From a virus (lineage: Duplodnaviria; Heunggongvirae; Uroviricota; Caudoviricetes), in IMG/VR virus record IMGVR_UViG_2651869781_000011: a stretch of DNA of 34,848 nucleotides, one strand, 5' to 3'. The notes under the pieces were generated by a model that was given only the letters and a program-made list of their open reading frames with translations, had not been told where the DNA came from and made no database searches. Shown piece after piece: positions 18,375-27,472 of this stretch. Within the stretch, counting starts at the first letter, position 1, and each line of letters opens with the position of its first letter. A program made the position numbers and the translations under genes.

Positions 18375-19196
18375 CTATCGCGTTACCCTTTTTAACTGCC
18401 GCTCCGCCCATGCCTCTTCAATGTCAAACCGAACCACCAACGTATCGTAAAAGCGTTTCACTGATTTTTTCCACGTATCAAGCGTGATAGCACTCGTCAC
18501 TTTGCATATGGCATTAAATGCCTCCGTTGATGGCAGTCTTTCATAGCCCCGACCACCACAACGCTGGCAGTTCCTGATTACAGGCATACCCTGTTTTTCC
18601 GACTCTTTACGATGAATGGCAACACCACGCCCACGGCAGTCTTTACAGGCAGTGGAAATCTCCCCCTTCCCTTTACATTCAGGACAGGAAACTTTCACCA
18701 CCTCCCGGATTTTTTTCCATTCTTCCCAGTAAGACGGATACACACCCTTCGTACACTTTGCCCATACTGGCGGCTTGCCATCCGGATACTGAACCTTGTT
18801 TGTAAAAACTTCGCTTTCAATAAATTTTTCCCCATGGCAACAAGGGCACTGCTTTTTACTCGCTGCGCTGCGGGCATAATCCTCAAAAGCATACGAAGCC
18901 ATAATGCGCATCACTGCCGGTTTTATTTCTGCCGGAAGTTTTCTTAACGCCGCCACGCGATCGCACTGACTTAATGCATAATCTGCCAATAATTCTGTTG
19001 CCCGCGCCCTGTCATTCATACTAATGCCCATTTTCCCCAGGAACGCAGAAAATCCCATCTCAGCCCGGTTTTGTGTCATACCCTGCGCAGCCATCACATC
19101 AGTGATACTCAGCGCATCTTTTGACGTCGAGACGGATGCATCAGTCAGGCCAGGCGATTTTGGGGAGTAGTATTTCGGTAAATCTTCCAGCTTCAT
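18375..19196 (-). CDS. Q: Late antiterminator Q (lambda Q family, Zn-binding)
   Basis: 273 aa; shares HSPKSP, DVMAAxGM, Cys clusters and C-terminal ...YDxLVV... with lambda Q as recalled; precedes PR'/tRNAs/lysis genes. Confidence 0.8.
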   Translation of the reverse strand: MKLEDLPKYYSPKSPGLTDASVSTSKDALSITDVMAAQGMTQNRAEMGFSAFLGKMGISMNDRARATELLADYALSQCDRVAALRKLPAEIKPAVMRIMASYAFEDYARSAASKKQCPCCHGEKFIESEVFTNKVQYPDGKPPVWAKCTKGVYPSYWEEWKKIREVVKVSCPECKGKGEISTACKDCRGRGVAIHRKESEKQGMPVIRNCQRCGGRGYERLPSTEAFNAICKVTSAITLDTWKKSVKRFYDTLVVRFDIEEAWAERQLKRVTR

Positions 19197-19573
19197 TTGT
19201 TGGCCTGCCCGTCATGCATTATTTCGTAAATCTTCACGCCCAGTCGCCCACCAGGAACGAGCTGACCGCGCACTATATTGATTTCATCAAACTGCTCATC
19301 GTCGATAAGCAGTCCTGCATGTGTCAGTGCATCCAGTGGTGCCTTCAGGATATTGTCCAGGTCGCGGCGGCGATTATCCGGTGGCTCTGCAATAATCCTG
19401 ATTGCCAACCTACCGGACAGATTTAATTTCAGTCGCTGCTGGCGAACAATAAGCTCCACATCATGGCGATAACGCTCACCAGCTTTTGATACAAAATATG
19501 TACTACCACGACGGCGCCAGTAGGTGTTCACCGTCGGCGGGTAAGGCAAAACAAACTCTATGCATTCTGTCAT
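19193..19573 (-). CDS. rusA: Holliday junction resolvase RusA
   Basis: 126 aa MTECIEFVLPYPPTVNTYWRRRG...; typical RusA N-terminus; nin-region position. Confidence 0.85.
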   Translation of the reverse strand: MTECIEFVLPYPPTVNTYWRRRGSTYFVSKAGERYRHDVELIVRQQRLKLNLSGRLAIRIIAEPPDNRRRDLDNILKAPLDALTHAGLLIDDEQFDEINIVRGQLVPGGRLGVKIYEIMHDGQANK

Positions 19574-20629
19574 TTATGCTTTCCACTTCAGGACGCCCGA
19601 ATTTCTCGCGTGCATTAAAAAACGAATCAGCAACAACAACTGGCTACCGTGTTTGTCTTCAAAATCTTTTACTCCGGCGTGTAGTTCGTTATGGCATTTA
19701 CGACACAGCGGAATAACAAACAAATCATCAGCCTTTGTTCCCATTCCTCCCAGTCCATGACCAATGATGTGATGCGGATCATCTGCCTGATTACCGCACG
19801 TCATGCATTTCTGCGTTTTTACCCAGCGCGTGTATACAGGCATCTCTTCCCGTTGTGGTTTCTGGCGCTGGAGATACTGAGCCGGTGACTCCGGATCAAC
19901 GGCAATGCTGACCACCGTCTTTTCCTGTGGCGGGTTTTGCTGGTGGGCGTGAGGCAGCGGCGCAAGATTTTTTGTGCGCTGCTTCAGTATGCTGGTGGCG
20001 GTCTGCTCTCCCGGTACGATGTCGCTTTCGCGGTACACCGAGCGGATTTTTTCCGCACGCAATCCCAGAGAACGACGTAATACTGCCTCCGGCAATACGT
20101 CCGCTACCTGATTGCAGACCGCCCACCAGGATAATTCAGCCAGCGATAACTCCCGCTCCTGTGTACCGTTTATTGCGTGGCGGATGACGTCAATCATCCA
20201 GGATGTCAGGTTTTGTTGAGCAAGTTGCCCGAGTGATTCTGAAGTCTGGTCGCGTAACTGATTATCACAGTGCCAGCACAATACCATCGCGCCGGTACCG
20301 TAACGATGTATGACGGTTTCACTGTGGTGGTAGTCACCATGAGGCCACTGGCAGGATTTAACATGGCGTAACAGCCAGTCAGACAATGCGCCAGCGCCGC
20401 CAGCAGCACGAATCACCCGCTCATCGCTGAAAAATGGCAGTAATGATTTATCTTCCGCGAGCGGCTGGCGCACGGCAGGAACAGCTCCTGACGGCAGACC
20501 GCGCATGCTTTTCGGTTCCGGCTCCACCAGCACCCGGGGATTATGAAATGCCTGCATGGATTCACGGCCCGGCTTAAGGACCACCAGCCCGAGTTCCGGT
20601 ACCAGAACAGGTCGAAGTAATACCCGCAC
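19574..20629 (-). CDS. DUF968 / YdfU-like protein with C-terminal HNH-like Cys/His motif
   Basis: 351 aa, GTG start; C-terminus CMTCGNQADDPHHIIGHG...CRKCHNELH; same position as ydfU in Qin (recall). Confidence 0.55.
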   Translation of the reverse strand: MRVLLRPVLVPELGLVVLKPGRESMQAFHNPRVLVEPEPKSMRGLPSGAVPAVRQPLAEDKSLLPFFSDERVIRAAGGAGALSDWLLRHVKSCQWPHGDYHHSETVIHRYGTGAMVLCWHCDNQLRDQTSESLGQLAQQNLTSWMIDVIRHAINGTQERELSLAELSWWAVCNQVADVLPEAVLRRSLGLRAEKIRSVYRESDIVPGEQTATSILKQRTKNLAPLPHAHQQNPPQEKTVVSIAVDPESPAQYLQRQKPQREEMPVYTRWVKTQKCMTCGNQADDPHHIIGHGLGGMGTKADDLFVIPLCRKCHNELHAGVKDFEDKHGSQLLLLIRFLMHARNSGVLKWKA

Positions 20630-20630
20630 G

Positions 20631-20909
20631 TTACCTCCAGATACGCTGCTGGAATGTGCGGGACGGACGCGGTGGGCGTTCAGAGTAAGGCAGTCTGACT
20701 GAGATTATCCAGTGTCGGAAGTCGAAGCTGAGGTCTTTCTGAAACTCGTAACCACGTCTGCGGTAGTTCTGAATTAGCCACTCTGCCTGCTCTTCAGTAC
20801 ATGGATCATGCTGGAACCAGTCAGATTTGAATGCATGAGAACGCCGCCCGTGCCTGCTGGCAAAGACGGCTGAATTATCAGAATTGTGTTGTCTGGAATT
20901 TTGCGCCAT
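20631..20909 (-). CDS. Hypothetical protein (92 aa)
   Basis: Stop abuts the DUF968 start; no recognisable motifs. Confidence 0.4.
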   Translation of the reverse strand: MAQNSRQHNSDNSAVFASRHGRRSHAFKSDWFQHDPCTEEQAEWLIQNYRRRGYEFQKDLSFDFRHWIISVRLPYSERPPRPSRTFQQRIWR

Positions 20910-20975
20910 CGGCTTTCTCCGGTGGCACAGTGTTACTCAACAGGGGTTCAGCCCTACGCTGAATTGTAGATGAAT

Positions 20976-21233
20976 TCACTCATCTTCAAAAGCAGAAAAA
21001 CCAGCCTTAATCCCAGCTTCTTTCAGAGACGGCAACGATGTGACAAATTCATTTGCACGCAAAATAAAACCATCCGTCACAAGCCCATCCACCAAATGAA
21101 TTAACGCAGCTCCACTCTTCCTTTGTTGAGACTGTAAACATTTAATACGGCAGTGGCTGACAATAGCGCCATTCTCAACGCGCACAGTATAGAGGCCATC
21201 CTCACTAAAAATTTCACGTAATTCTTCGATTTT
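20976..21233 (-). CDS. Hypothetical protein (85 aa from ATG 21233)
   Basis: Track ORF 20976-21284; ATG with GGAAGGA SD at 21233; AT-rich; candidate TTGAAG-N18-TAGAAT promoter upstream. Confidence 0.4.
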   Translation of the reverse strand, partial: KIEELREIFSEDGLYTVRVENGAIVSHCRIKCLQSQQRKSGAALIHLVDGLVTDGFILRANEFVTSLPSLKEAGIKAGFSAFEDE

Positions 21234-21360
21234 CATCAACAGAATCCTTCCAGATAAATAGCACTCCCCCTGTTCGGGGTCCATCCCTCTTCTCCCTGCG
21301 CGCTACTTAAGTATTTTTGATTCTATTCTGGCACCGTCCAAAACTTCAAACACGTTGAAA

Positions 21361-21390
21361 ATAAAAACAAAAAACCCGCCGAAGCGGGTA
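21361..21390 (-). terminator. Intrinsic terminator after the HTH-peptidase gene
   Basis: CCCGC-cgaa-GCGGG stem followed on the minus strand by TTTTTTGTTTTTATTTT, 4 nt after the stop. Confidence 0.55.
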
Positions 21391-21393
21391 TAC

Positions 21394-22500
21394 TCAAACA
21401 ATCTGGAAAATATTTCTTGGATTTGTAATAGGTCTGTTGATGGAGAACAACTCACGAATTAAATCTTGGCTCAAGCCAGTTTTCATAAGAATTCTTAGCC
21501 AGGTTGCATCATCCAGCATTTCAATCGCCTCGGCCAGCATGCCGGGTTCTTCAGGGCGCAAAAGTTCATCACCAGGTTCAACTCTCGTATACCCTCTGGA
21601 ATTAAGATGCATATAGCCAGTTCTTGCCTGTTCCTGGGTCAATAAGCCTAATGCGCTGGCTCGATAAATACACATTTTAAGGCTGATTTTCCATCTAAGT
21701 TTAAATTCAACCAGAGCATTCCAGTCGAATTGCTTACCTCGTATTCGAGGAAATTCTTTAATGAAAGATAACCTGGGAACTAATAAGGCGCTCGAAAAGT
21801 GATCGGCTTGTGATTCCGTAAGTTTATCACCTGTCGTTATGCCCTCATGCATTACTAAATGCCCTAATTCATGACCTAAATCAGAGCGAAATCTACATAT
21901 GCTTTTTTTAACATTGTTCCTGATGATAACAGGCCTGTTATTGTGAACAGTAAAAGCATCAACACGATCATCGACTCCCGTAACATGCGCAACGATTACC
22001 CCTAAACTCTCCGCCAATTTAACCATTGATGATATAGGGCCAAGACCTAAATTCCAGGCACGGCGACAATCTTCTGCCACTCGCTCAATATCATTCGGAG
22101 TAAGTAATTCAGCCCCTGGGTGCTCCGGTATGTTAACGTCAGGAAATTCGATTTCACCTTCAACAGCAGAAATTATAATATTAAGAATCTCAGCCCTGGC
22201 CAATACACTATTAGTCAGCGTTTGAGTCCTGGACTTCTTACTCCGAAAATGGCAGACATCACTTTCCAGAGCGTATTTTCGTTCAGTAAAAAGAAAACTG
22301 GACTTAATCATAAGCGCTGAAGATATTAACTCAAGACATTGCTCCGATGGCCTGCACCCCTTCTCCAGTTTGCTAACGAATTGCTTTGTCTTGCCAATTT
22401 TTTCGGCTAACTCTTCACAAGAAAGCCCAACAGCCATTCTCGCTAGTTTGAGCTTATCACCCCGATACTCAGTGAAGTTATTCACCTGATGTTCCATCAC
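21394..22500 (-). CDS. XRE-family HTH fused to ImmA/IrrE-type zinc metallopeptidase (COG2856-like)
   Basis: 368 aa; N-terminal HTH (KLKLARMAVGLSCEELAEKIGKTKQFVSKLEKG); HEXXH motif HELGHLVMHE; AT-rich; start overlaps upstream gene by ~20 nt. Confidence 0.75.
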   Translation of the reverse strand: MMEHQVNNFTEYRGDKLKLARMAVGLSCEELAEKIGKTKQFVSKLEKGCRPSEQCLELISSALMIKSSFLFTERKYALESDVCHFRSKKSRTQTLTNSVLARAEILNIIISAVEGEIEFPDVNIPEHPGAELLTPNDIERVAEDCRRAWNLGLGPISSMVKLAESLGVIVAHVTGVDDRVDAFTVHNNRPVIIRNNVKKSICRFRSDLGHELGHLVMHEGITTGDKLTESQADHFSSALLVPRLSFIKEFPRIRGKQFDWNALVEFKLRWKISLKMCIYRASALGLLTQEQARTGYMHLNSRGYTRVEPGDELLRPEEPGMLAEAIEMLDDATWLRILMKTGLSQDLIRELFSINRPITNPRNIFQIV

Positions 22501-23128
22501 TGCTCACATCCAAATCTTTATCCTTCGTACGCCGACGAAGAGGCACCTTATTAATCTCCGCTTCGTCAGGGAGTGTGTTATAATCAAGAGGCATAAGCGG
22601 CATCGATGCTGTAGATTGATGAGAAACTATACTAATCTGAGCACCATAAGTATTAAATCCAACAAGAGCTACCTCCCAACGAGGCAGTGTGGACTCTAAT
22701 TCACCATCGCCCTCTTCGGATAAAAAAGGCTCAGCTATGACTCGCCATGTAATATCTTGCTCAGCCTCAACATCACCAAACAATGAGAGCTGCTCATACT
22801 CTACTTTATTTCGACGCAGACGATGTTTCTTTTTGGGGTTATTAATGCAATCTTTGGTAAATTGTAGCGGAACTTTATTTAAAGCAACTACATAGTCCAA
22901 CCCCTTGGAAATCATCTCAAGGCCAGGAATTGCATCTTCATTTTGAATAAGATGATTTCTGACCCAATCATAAGCCCTTACACCTTCAGACCAGTTGCTG
23001 TCTAATGCGTGCTTATGATAGTACAGCTGCTCAAGTACGTTAGCGATCTCCGCCAACAAGTGGCGAACATAGTTTTCAGCAAGATAAGGTTGAAATTCCC
23101 AACAAGGAGCTAACTGATTTTCATTCAT
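22478..23128 (-). CDS. Unknown protein (216 aa), first gene of the two-gene cassette
   Basis: ATG at 23128; acidic, probably disordered C-terminus; no motif I recognise; AT-rich. Confidence 0.6.
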   Translation of the reverse strand: MNENQLAPCWEFQPYLAENYVRHLLAEIANVLEQLYYHKHALDSNWSEGVRAYDWVRNHLIQNEDAIPGLEMISKGLDYVVALNKVPLQFTKDCINNPKKKHRLRRNKVEYEQLSLFGDVEAEQDITWRVIAEPFLSEEGDGELESTLPRWEVALVGFNTYGAQISIVSHQSTASMPLMPLDYNTLPDEAEINKVPLRRRTKDKDLDVSSDGTSGE

Positions 23129-23202
23129 TTCAAGTTTCGCTTTTTTTAGAATTCGTAAACCACATATTTTCGCATTTTTCTATTTTTGTCAACCAGACTA
23201 AT

Positions 23203-23225
23203 GCAAAAACCCGCCGAAGCGGGTT
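23203..23225 (-). terminator. Terminator hairpin downstream of hok
   Basis: CCCGC-cgaa-GCGGG stem followed on the minus strand by TTTTTGC. Confidence 0.5.
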
Positions 23226-23293
23226 AAGTGCGGGTGCGTTGAGGATGCCTGGCACATCAGAGGTGGCGGGAGATTACTCCCCCGCCGGGTCTC

Positions 23294-23449
23294 TTACTCC
23301 TCAGGTTCGTAAGCTGTGAAGACAGCGACCTCCGTCTGGCCGGTTCGGATTCGTACCTCGCAGAGGTCTTTCCTCGTTACCAGTGCCGTCACTATGACGG
23401 TTAAACAGATGACGATCAGGGCGATTAACATCGCCTTTTGCTGCTTCAT
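23294..23449 (-). CDS. hok: Hok/Gef-family type I toxin (HokD/RelF-like)
   Basis: 51 aa MKQQKAMLIALIVICLTVIVTALVTRKDLCEVRIRTGQTEVAVFTAYEPEE, checked codon by codon; below the 60-aa cutoff of the ORF track; AAGGAG SD. Confidence 0.85.
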   Translation of the reverse strand: MKQQKAMLIALIVICLTVIVTALVTRKDLCEVRIRTGQTEVAVFTAYEPEE

Positions 23450-23738
23450 AGCCTGCTTCTCCTTGACCTTTCGGTCCGTAAGAGGCTAATCTCTATGTGT
23501 CGCATAGATATGGCCTCAGATTAATGTTAAGCGTCTTGCAGGACGCGTAATGTTAACTGGGGCTTTTCTCTATCTGCCGTTGGTGTTCATGCCTGAGGCA
23601 GATAGCCTCAAGCACCCGCAGCAATTCTACTTAACTCTCCTTTTCCCGCAAATCGTTTTTATCCCCAGCGGCAAATCGAATACACCACCAGCGCCACCGC
23701 CATTGCAATTCCCATCGTTGCGAATGCTTCAGGCCAGG

Positions 23739-24404
23739 TCATTGACTCACCTCCAGCGGCGGTTCTGGTAGCGGCATCCAGTGAGTTACTTGCCCAAGGT
23801 CATTACCCGGACTAACTGCTATACCTCCGCGTCGGAACGTGTCTCCGATATAGCGTGCGGAATATATTAATGGCCCAGCCTCGCTGTCGATATTCACCGA
23901 AATAAGCACGTTCTGGCTCTTTTCAGGCATTCGCTCACTGCAGCTTATCCAACTATCCGGAGCTCCCGGAGAGTTGCCCGACAGCTCGTTCAACTTGTAA
24001 GTCTGGCTTACAGGCTCGTCACCATTAAGCATGGCGTTGCTCCGCTCTATACCATCCAGCGCGATTCGCAGTGCCTGAATTGTGGTAGTGCTATCGTTTG
24101 GGGCTATTCCATATCGCTCGAATACAGCGATATGACCGCGCATAATCTCAGGTGTAAGTTCTTTGTAAGCATAAGCAAGAGACGCTGATGCATTATCCGG
24201 CACAACCGACGCAGGCGCGGCAGCATAAACAGGAATAACGTCCGCTTGCTCTTTATTGCTTTCATCCGTTAAAGCCCAGAATAATTTCCCGGCTGGATGT
24301 TTGAAAATATAAGCAATTGGTTCTGCTTCCAGCGATGCCAGAGCAATTTTGAATAACTCACCCTCTACTCGTGCCCCCCCCTGAATTGGGGTGGCATTTC
24401 GCAA
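23739..24404 (-). CDS. Hypothetical phage protein; likely N-terminally split by a C8 homopolymer frameshift
   Basis: Track ORF starts at a TTG; an ATG at 24459 opens a 33-codon ORF that would fuse in frame if the 24374-24381 C-run were 7 rather than 8. Confidence 0.5.
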   Translation of the reverse strand: MRNATPIQGGARVEGELFKIALASLEAEPIAYIFKHPAGKLFWALTDESNKEQADVIPVYAAAPASVVPDNASASLAYAYKELTPEIMRGHIAVFERYGIAPNDSTTTIQALRIALDGIERSNAMLNGDEPVSQTYKLNELSGNSPGAPDSWISCSERMPEKSQNVLISVNIDSEAGPLIYSARYIGDTFRRGGIAVSPGNDLGQVTHWMPLPEPPLEVSQ

Positions 24405-24617
24405 TCGCTATTTTTAATTTAGCTTCTTCGATTAATTGCTCTTTTGTTAATTCAGTCATTTTTCATTACCGCCCTTTCGGGCGGCCTCCTGATGTTTTGA
24501 GGGGGCAGGAATCCCTCCTGTTAAGGATTAAATTTTATTTACAGTGCTGAGATTAATTATTCAGATTTGGATTATGTTTTCTCTTTCACTTCACGCAGTC
24601 CTGATTGTTAATTTGGC

Positions 24618-25034
24618 TCACAGTATCACCTCCTGCAAACTTCCCTTCCAGAAAGCCAGCACCCGTTGCATAGCTTCGCTCTGGCGGCACTCGCGACAAA
24701 TTATGTTCTGTCGTCTGTTGTAGCGACGTATTTCGCCATCTGGCAATGAATAAATCAGGTCAGGGTCGCTCTTCTTTTTCACTGCCGCTCTCGACATTTT
24801 TTTGCAGGCTTTTATCCAGTCCTTACGAGCCTGCTTCGAAGGAAATATTCCATGTCCTGAACCATATACTGCGCCACTAACTACCAGCTCTTTCGCCAGA
24901 ACTTCTATCAGGTGCCTCGTTGCTCCGGTTTCATCCTCCAGTTGCTTACGTGTTTTCCGCCCATCCCGCTGTACCAGCTCCACAATGCGCGCCTTCAGTT
25001 GCTTCCTGTATTCAGGTGTAAAAACGTTTCCCAT
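24618..25034 (-). CDS. Hypothetical phage protein (138 aa from ATG 25034)
   Basis: Track ORF 24618-25091; first ATG (MGNVFTPEYRKQ...) avoids overlap with the upstream gene; basic, Cys motif CRECRQ. Confidence 0.45.
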   Translation of the reverse strand: MGNVFTPEYRKQLKARIVELVQRDGRKTRKQLEDETGATRHLIEVLAKELVVSGAVYGSGHGIFPSKQARKDWIKACKKMSRAAVKKKSDPDLIYSLPDGEIRRYNRRQNIICRECRQSEAMQRVLAFWKGSLQEVIL

Positions 25035-25041
25035 AAACGCC

Positions 25042-25731
25042 TCACTTTTCCGATACAACGCGACTGGTGGAATCGACAATCTGTCGGACAATATCCCGGT
25101 GTTTATTCAGCTCCCGCAGTGCTGCGCAGACGCGCTCCCACTTCTGGACACGGTTTTTTGCCCGGCGCAGTTCGCGGTTTGCCAGATGCAGCGATGGTAA
25201 AGTCAGGTCATCGGCTCGCGTTTTGGTGAACGATGGCAACGACTGCACAATGTCCGCCACAGTTTCTGTTTTAATTTCTTCCTGTATTGCAGCTTTCGGC
25301 TCTGCTGGTAAATTATCGTCCGGCATGCAGTAACGAAATTTACCGTTCTGATTTACGCGAATCAGGCGACCTTTGCTGATTGCCTGAGCCAGCGTTGAAG
25401 CCACTTTGCGTGATGTGGTACCGAACAACGTAGCCAGTTCATCCGCCGTTTGTGGTCCGCGTTGTTCAATCGTCGCGGTTAAATCGCACTCTGAGATTTT
25501 CGCTACTGTTGCTGTGGTGGTTTCTTCCGGCAGTTCTGCCTGCGCTGGCTGTTCCTGCTGAACGTTGTTATCAGCCACACGCCAGGTGTACGCGCTTTTA
25601 TCAACAAAACCAGCATTTTTCAGTTCCCATAGTTCGTTAAGCACTTCTTCACGACTGATATCAAGTCGCGCCGCAAGTTCTATGGATGTGGCTTTTCCCA
25701 TTGCTTTCAGTGCGTCAAAAACAGTCTCCAT
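25042..25731 (-). CDS. Hypothetical protein with probable N-terminal winged-helix domain
   Basis: Track ORF 25042-25782; likely start [30 protein letters not shown]...; downstream of the DnaC-like gene. Confidence 0.45.
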   Translation of the reverse strand: METVFDALKAMGKATSIELAARLDISREEVLNELWELKNAGFVDKSAYTWRVADNNVQQEQPAQAELPEETTTATVAKISECDLTATIEQRGPQTADELATLFGTTSRKVASTLAQAISKGRLIRVNQNGKFRYCMPDDNLPAEPKAAIQEEIKTETVADIVQSLPSFTKTRADDLTLPSLHLANRELRRAKNRVQKWERVCAALRELNKHRDIVRQIVDSTSRVVSEK

Positions 25732-25753
25732 TAAATTTTTCTCCCGGTAAAAA

Positions 25754-26500
25754 TCACTTCGTGATTCCTGGCTGGACGACATTCGGGCGCCAGCTTTCCC
25801 AGTTAAAATTCACCCAGCGTCCGCCGTTCATGGTCATGCGATCCATAATCCGCTCACCGAGCAATGTTTTCATGGCCTCATAGTTCAGGTTTGTCAGCAT
25901 TCCCACGCTACGCATCGACGCTGTCCGTCGATCAATAATCTGGTGCAGTACCACCTGCTCGTTTTTCGTCTCACGCTGAATGCCAATTTCATCAAGAACC
26001 AGCAGATCCACTTCGCACAGTTCCTGCAAAAATTTTTCGCCTGACTGCCCGTCGTCATAGCTGGCGTGCAGGGCACTCATAACATCAGCCACAGTAACCA
26101 CTATCACTGTCTGGCCGTCTTTCAGCAGGCGATTTCCGATAGCCGCCGCCAGATGGTTTTTCCCGGTACCAGGTTTTCCACTGAACGCGAAATTTGTACA
26201 CCCGGTCATCAGTTCATCGGCGATGGATTTTGCCTGGCTTAACGCGTATCGCTGACCGTCGTTCTGCACCTGGTAATTCGCAAACGAACATTTGCGGTGC
26301 AACGGCTGGATGCCTGAGCGATTCAGAATTTTTTCCACCCGCAACTGACGATTCAGGCGGTTGATCTCCTCGCTACGTTTCTGGCCTTCGGCAAGCTGCC
26401 ACTCGCGCCACTCCGCCACCGTTCTGTATGGAGCGGTTACATGTGGCGGGGTCAGTCTGCGGAGGCGTTCCAGAACACCACCTGTCGCAATATTTTTCAC
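25754..26500 (-). CDS. DnaC-like replicative helicase loader (IstB-like AAA+)
   Basis: 248 aa; Walker [14 protein letters not shown], Walker B LLVLDEIG; follows the O-like gene. Confidence 0.85.
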   Translation of the reverse strand: MKNIATGGVLERLRRLTPPHVTAPYRTVAEWREWQLAEGQKRSEEINRLNRQLRVEKILNRSGIQPLHRKCSFANYQVQNDGQRYALSQAKSIADELMTGCTNFAFSGKPGTGKNHLAAAIGNRLLKDGQTVIVVTVADVMSALHASYDDGQSGEKFLQELCEVDLLVLDEIGIQRETKNEQVVLHQIIDRRTASMRSVGMLTNLNYEAMKTLLGERIMDRMTMNGGRWVNFNWESWRPNVVQPGITK

Positions 26501-26506
26501 AGTTCG

Positions 26507-27472
26507 TTACCCCCTGAACCCCGGCGGAATTTCGGTGTCCGGTTCAGAAATGTGATTCACACAACGCTGTACAGGCGAACGCCCCAGACGGATAACCAGC
26601 TCATCCCATTTTTCGCGAAGCTTTGACGGGCTCATGACGTTTTTTACCCAGAATGGATCCCGCTGTACCCGACCAAACATTTCGCAAATTTGCCTGTGAG
26701 TTCTGCCATCCAGCATCCGCATTGTGCGCACGTCATTGGCCCACACGGTCCAGTTTGGTTCTTTCGGTCGCATGATCTCGCCATCATCGCTGGCAGCCTG
26801 CTCGTAAAGACTCACGATTCGTCCCCAGATCCACTGCGCACAAGCTAAATCTTCCTGGCTACCCCACTGGCGTTTTTTCGCACTGAACACAACCGCGTCA
26901 GGGTGTCGGGTTAAAAAATCCTGTTCAGCCGTCTGCATGTCCGGTTGCGAAGCTTCCGGACGAGAAGTGTTTTTATTCTCTGTAGTAATCTCTGTTGTAT
27001 TCTCTGTAAGATCATCGGGCCATTTTGACCCGATGACATTGGGTCGTTTTGAACCAATGGAGCGTGCCATTTTGACCTCTTCCATCGTGTCATTTTGACC
27101 TGATGGAGCGGCGCATTTTGACCTGATGGATTCGCTCACTTTGCCACCATCTAAAAGCTCACTCTCGTAATTAATCGTGTAAAAATTAGTCATGTCACGC
27201 TTTGATTTGTTGAGCTTTTCGCAACGCAAAAGCCCCAGCGTTTTCAGACTTGCAAATGCGCGTTTTAACGTTGACTCTGACCAGAACGGGAACTGTTCCA
27301 GCCATTGTTCTGTTGTGTTATAAATCCAGCGAACCCCGTTACATTCCATGCCGGAATTAGTATCTCTCAACCAGTAATGCAGCTGCTGCAGTACAATGGC
27401 TTCATTCAGGCCAATTTTCATCGCCAGCTGCGTGTTAATAACCAGTGGGCGTTCAGCAAAAAGAAGACTCAT
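26507..27472 (-). CDS. Replication initiator (lambda O-like), ori iterons inside the gene
   Basis: Track ORF to 27526 begins at TTG; ATGs at 27514 and 27472; N-terminal DNA-binding-like region, acidic repeat linker, C-terminal domain; contains the iteron array. Confidence 0.75.
   Translation of the reverse strand: MSLLFAERPLVINTQLAMKIGLNEAIVLQQLHYWLRDTNSGMECNGVRWIYNTTEQWLEQFPFWSESTLKRAFASLKTLGLLRCEKLNKSKRDMTNFYTINYESELLDGGKVSESIRSKCAAPSGQNDTMEEVKMARSIGSKRPNVIGSKWPDDLTENTTEITTENKNTSRPEASQPDMQTAEQDFLTRHPDAVVFSAKKRQWGSQEDLACAQWIWGRIVSLYEQAASDDGEIMRPKEPNWTVWANDVRTMRMLDGRTHRQICEMFGRVQRDPFWVKNVMSPSKLREKWDELVIRLGRSPVQRCVNHISEPDTEIPPGFRG
27021..27147. repeat. Origin iterons: CATTTTGACC-type repeats at ~23-bp spacing
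   Basis: Four exact CATTTTGACC copies (27021, 27068, 27091, 27114) plus two degenerate ones; three 12-bp TCTCTGT-containing repeats just upstream (26974-27009); AT-richer stretch follows. Confidence 0.7.

Noticed and set aside
23550-23771. 73-aa + strand ORF upstream of hok
   Set aside because: Pro/Leu-rich, no SD; region more likely holds hok regulatory RNA elements. Left open in the hok finding rather than called as a gene.
26974-27147. Possibility that the direct repeats are a CRISPR array or mobile-element terminal repeats
   Set aside because: Repeats are 10-12 bp at 12- or 23-bp spacing inside an intact initiator ORF, the hallmark of ori iterons; no spacer-like unique segments and no cas genes.
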